Shown here: piece by piece, positions 62,666 to 64,000 of the stretch
How the letters are laid out: every line of letters starts with the position of its first letter
Position numbering within the stretch: the first letter of the stretch is position 1
Assembly: GCF_037042905.1 (NCBI RefSeq)
Contig: NC_087263.1
Location: 8,742,001-8,806,000 of the forward strand
Direction of reading: 5' to 3'
Length of the DNA stretch: 64,000 nt
Origin: Lytechinus pictus
Taxonomy: Eukaryota
Program-made: the position numbers and the translations under genes
Notes under the pieces: model-generated
Database searches by the model: none
What the model was told of the DNA's origin: nothing
Seen by the model: the letters and a program-made list of their open reading frames with translations, nothing else

Positions 62666-64000
62666 TTATTATTTCTGCCTTGAACGAAAATTCCTTGAGG
62701 ATTATCAATTTTGAAGTATTCAGAGAATAAGGAACGAAAATCACTTTGTTCAGAGAAAATAATCGGCCAGAAGGGTGCAGACGGCCAGAAGGGAACAACC
62801 AAAGTCCCCCTAGCAGAACAAAACCTTCAGATGCTTAAGTACTTGCCCTATACATGCTATACATTCGATAGGTGGAACCAACCAATTATTCTCGCCCGAC
62901 CAATCACATGAGAAGGGATCAACATGATCTATTAGGGGACACCAATATTTAGAATTGAACTTCTTAATTTTGAAATTAAAATCGTCCGCAAGTCTGTCCA
63001 CAGTGTGAGGGCCCCAGATTTTGTCCAAAAATCCGAAAAATTCATCTGACACACCCCAATCATCAAAATCTATCATGCGACTTAATGCATCTGCAAAACG
63101 GTTCTCCTCTCTGGGAGCCCAATGAACGTGAAGACTAATGTTGTTTCTTTTACACAACTCAAAGATGTGTAAACTCATCTCATGCAATTCTGCAATCATA
63201 CTTCCTTTATTTACAATCGATCCTACTCCTTTATTATCACAGAGGACCTTGACAGTTTTATGTCTCATGTGAGATACAACTGTTTGCAGTGTCATACTTA
63301 CTGACTTGAATTCTCTCCAAGTGGAGTTTTTAACCATTTCAAACTCAAACCAATCTCATCCCATTTCATGCCTGCGCACTCAGAAACCCAGGCCCCGCAG
63401 CCTGATGGACTTGCATCAGAATAGATGAAAGTCTGTGGAACTGAATAAGCAGAAATAATGTTTACGTTAAGAATATGCAAATTCTTCTCCAGAAGAAGAA
63501 CACGAATATTAATTCAACACTATTGATCACATTATGTCCTATCCCAATGTACCCTCCGGATGATTTCGTGATGCATAAATCTGGTTTTAATTTGAGTAAC
63601 TGTGCCAAACACTGGATACAATGTATCTTTCCAACTATAACTACGATCTTTCGTTCTGAAACCTCAGGCAATTCTGCTTAAAATGAATCTGAACATAACT
63701 CAAGATCCTTCATCCTTCTTTCAATAATCTTTATATAAGCTACTCTGCTTTCCCGTGGTATTCCTAACCAATCCAAACACTGGACAGGAGTCCATTGAGA
63801 TATTTCTCAACATTTGGTATCAAACCTGCTTCAAGTAAGTCATTTTTCACCGTCTTGACCATAGTATCATACGAATCAAAGGAAGCAGCACGACCCAATC
63901 ATCTATATACAAAAAAAAAAAATGAAAATACCATTTTTATACGCCAATGATTAACGATAGGCTTAAATCGTGTAATGAAAACGAAGGTAGCTGTTGCCAA
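62666..64000 (-). pseudogene. RT / RNase H / methyltransferase-like pol ORF remnant with multiple frameshifts
   Basis: ORF fragments 62810-63337 and 63298-63480, plus out-of-frame pieces GTLVVPFWPSAPFWP (just below 62810), AGLIPNVEK, QWTPVQCLDWLG and YIDD. Confidence 0.88.

Larger units (their letters stand above)
60060..64000 (-). mobile_element. Decayed tyrosine-recombinase retrotransposon (DIRS order, PAT-like); 5' part lies beyond the window
   Basis: On - in order: RT (YIDD at 63909-63898), RNase H (YSDASPSG, STWRE, CDN, ENRFADALSR), methyltransferase-like domain (WGPHTVDRLA...NWLVPP), tyrosine recombinase, then split direct repeats. Confidence 0.92.

Overview
AT-rich, intron- and repeat-rich animal genomic DNA, not prokaryotic. 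The repeat and gene content looks like an invertebrate deuterostome such as a sea urchin (inference). Main contents: (1) a ~5-kb array of a 56-57 bp satellite (4426-9417) with a palindromic GGTATAAGCTTATCCC core and a 567-bp ten-unit higher-order repeat; (2) a spliced synaptotagmin of the SYT3/6/9/10 class on + (four secure coding exons 34262-41681 plus a candidate start exon 29015-29045; 477 aa in total); (3) a convergent single-coding-exon aminergic, histamine-receptor-like GPCR on - (53256-54857); (4) the 3' part of a decayed tyrosine-recombinase retrotransposon on - (60060 to the window end), PAT-like because it combines split direct repeats with a methyltransferase-like domain; (5) many MITEs (some nested), one tRNA-derived SINE and LINE 3' fragments. 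The most interesting leads are a phase-matched splice donor/acceptor pair that could express the retrotransposon recombinase or feed the neighbouring GPCR, the conservation of the satellite core across unrelated unit contexts, and RFX/CRE sites around the synaptotagmin start exon. All alignments were done by eye; no database search was run.
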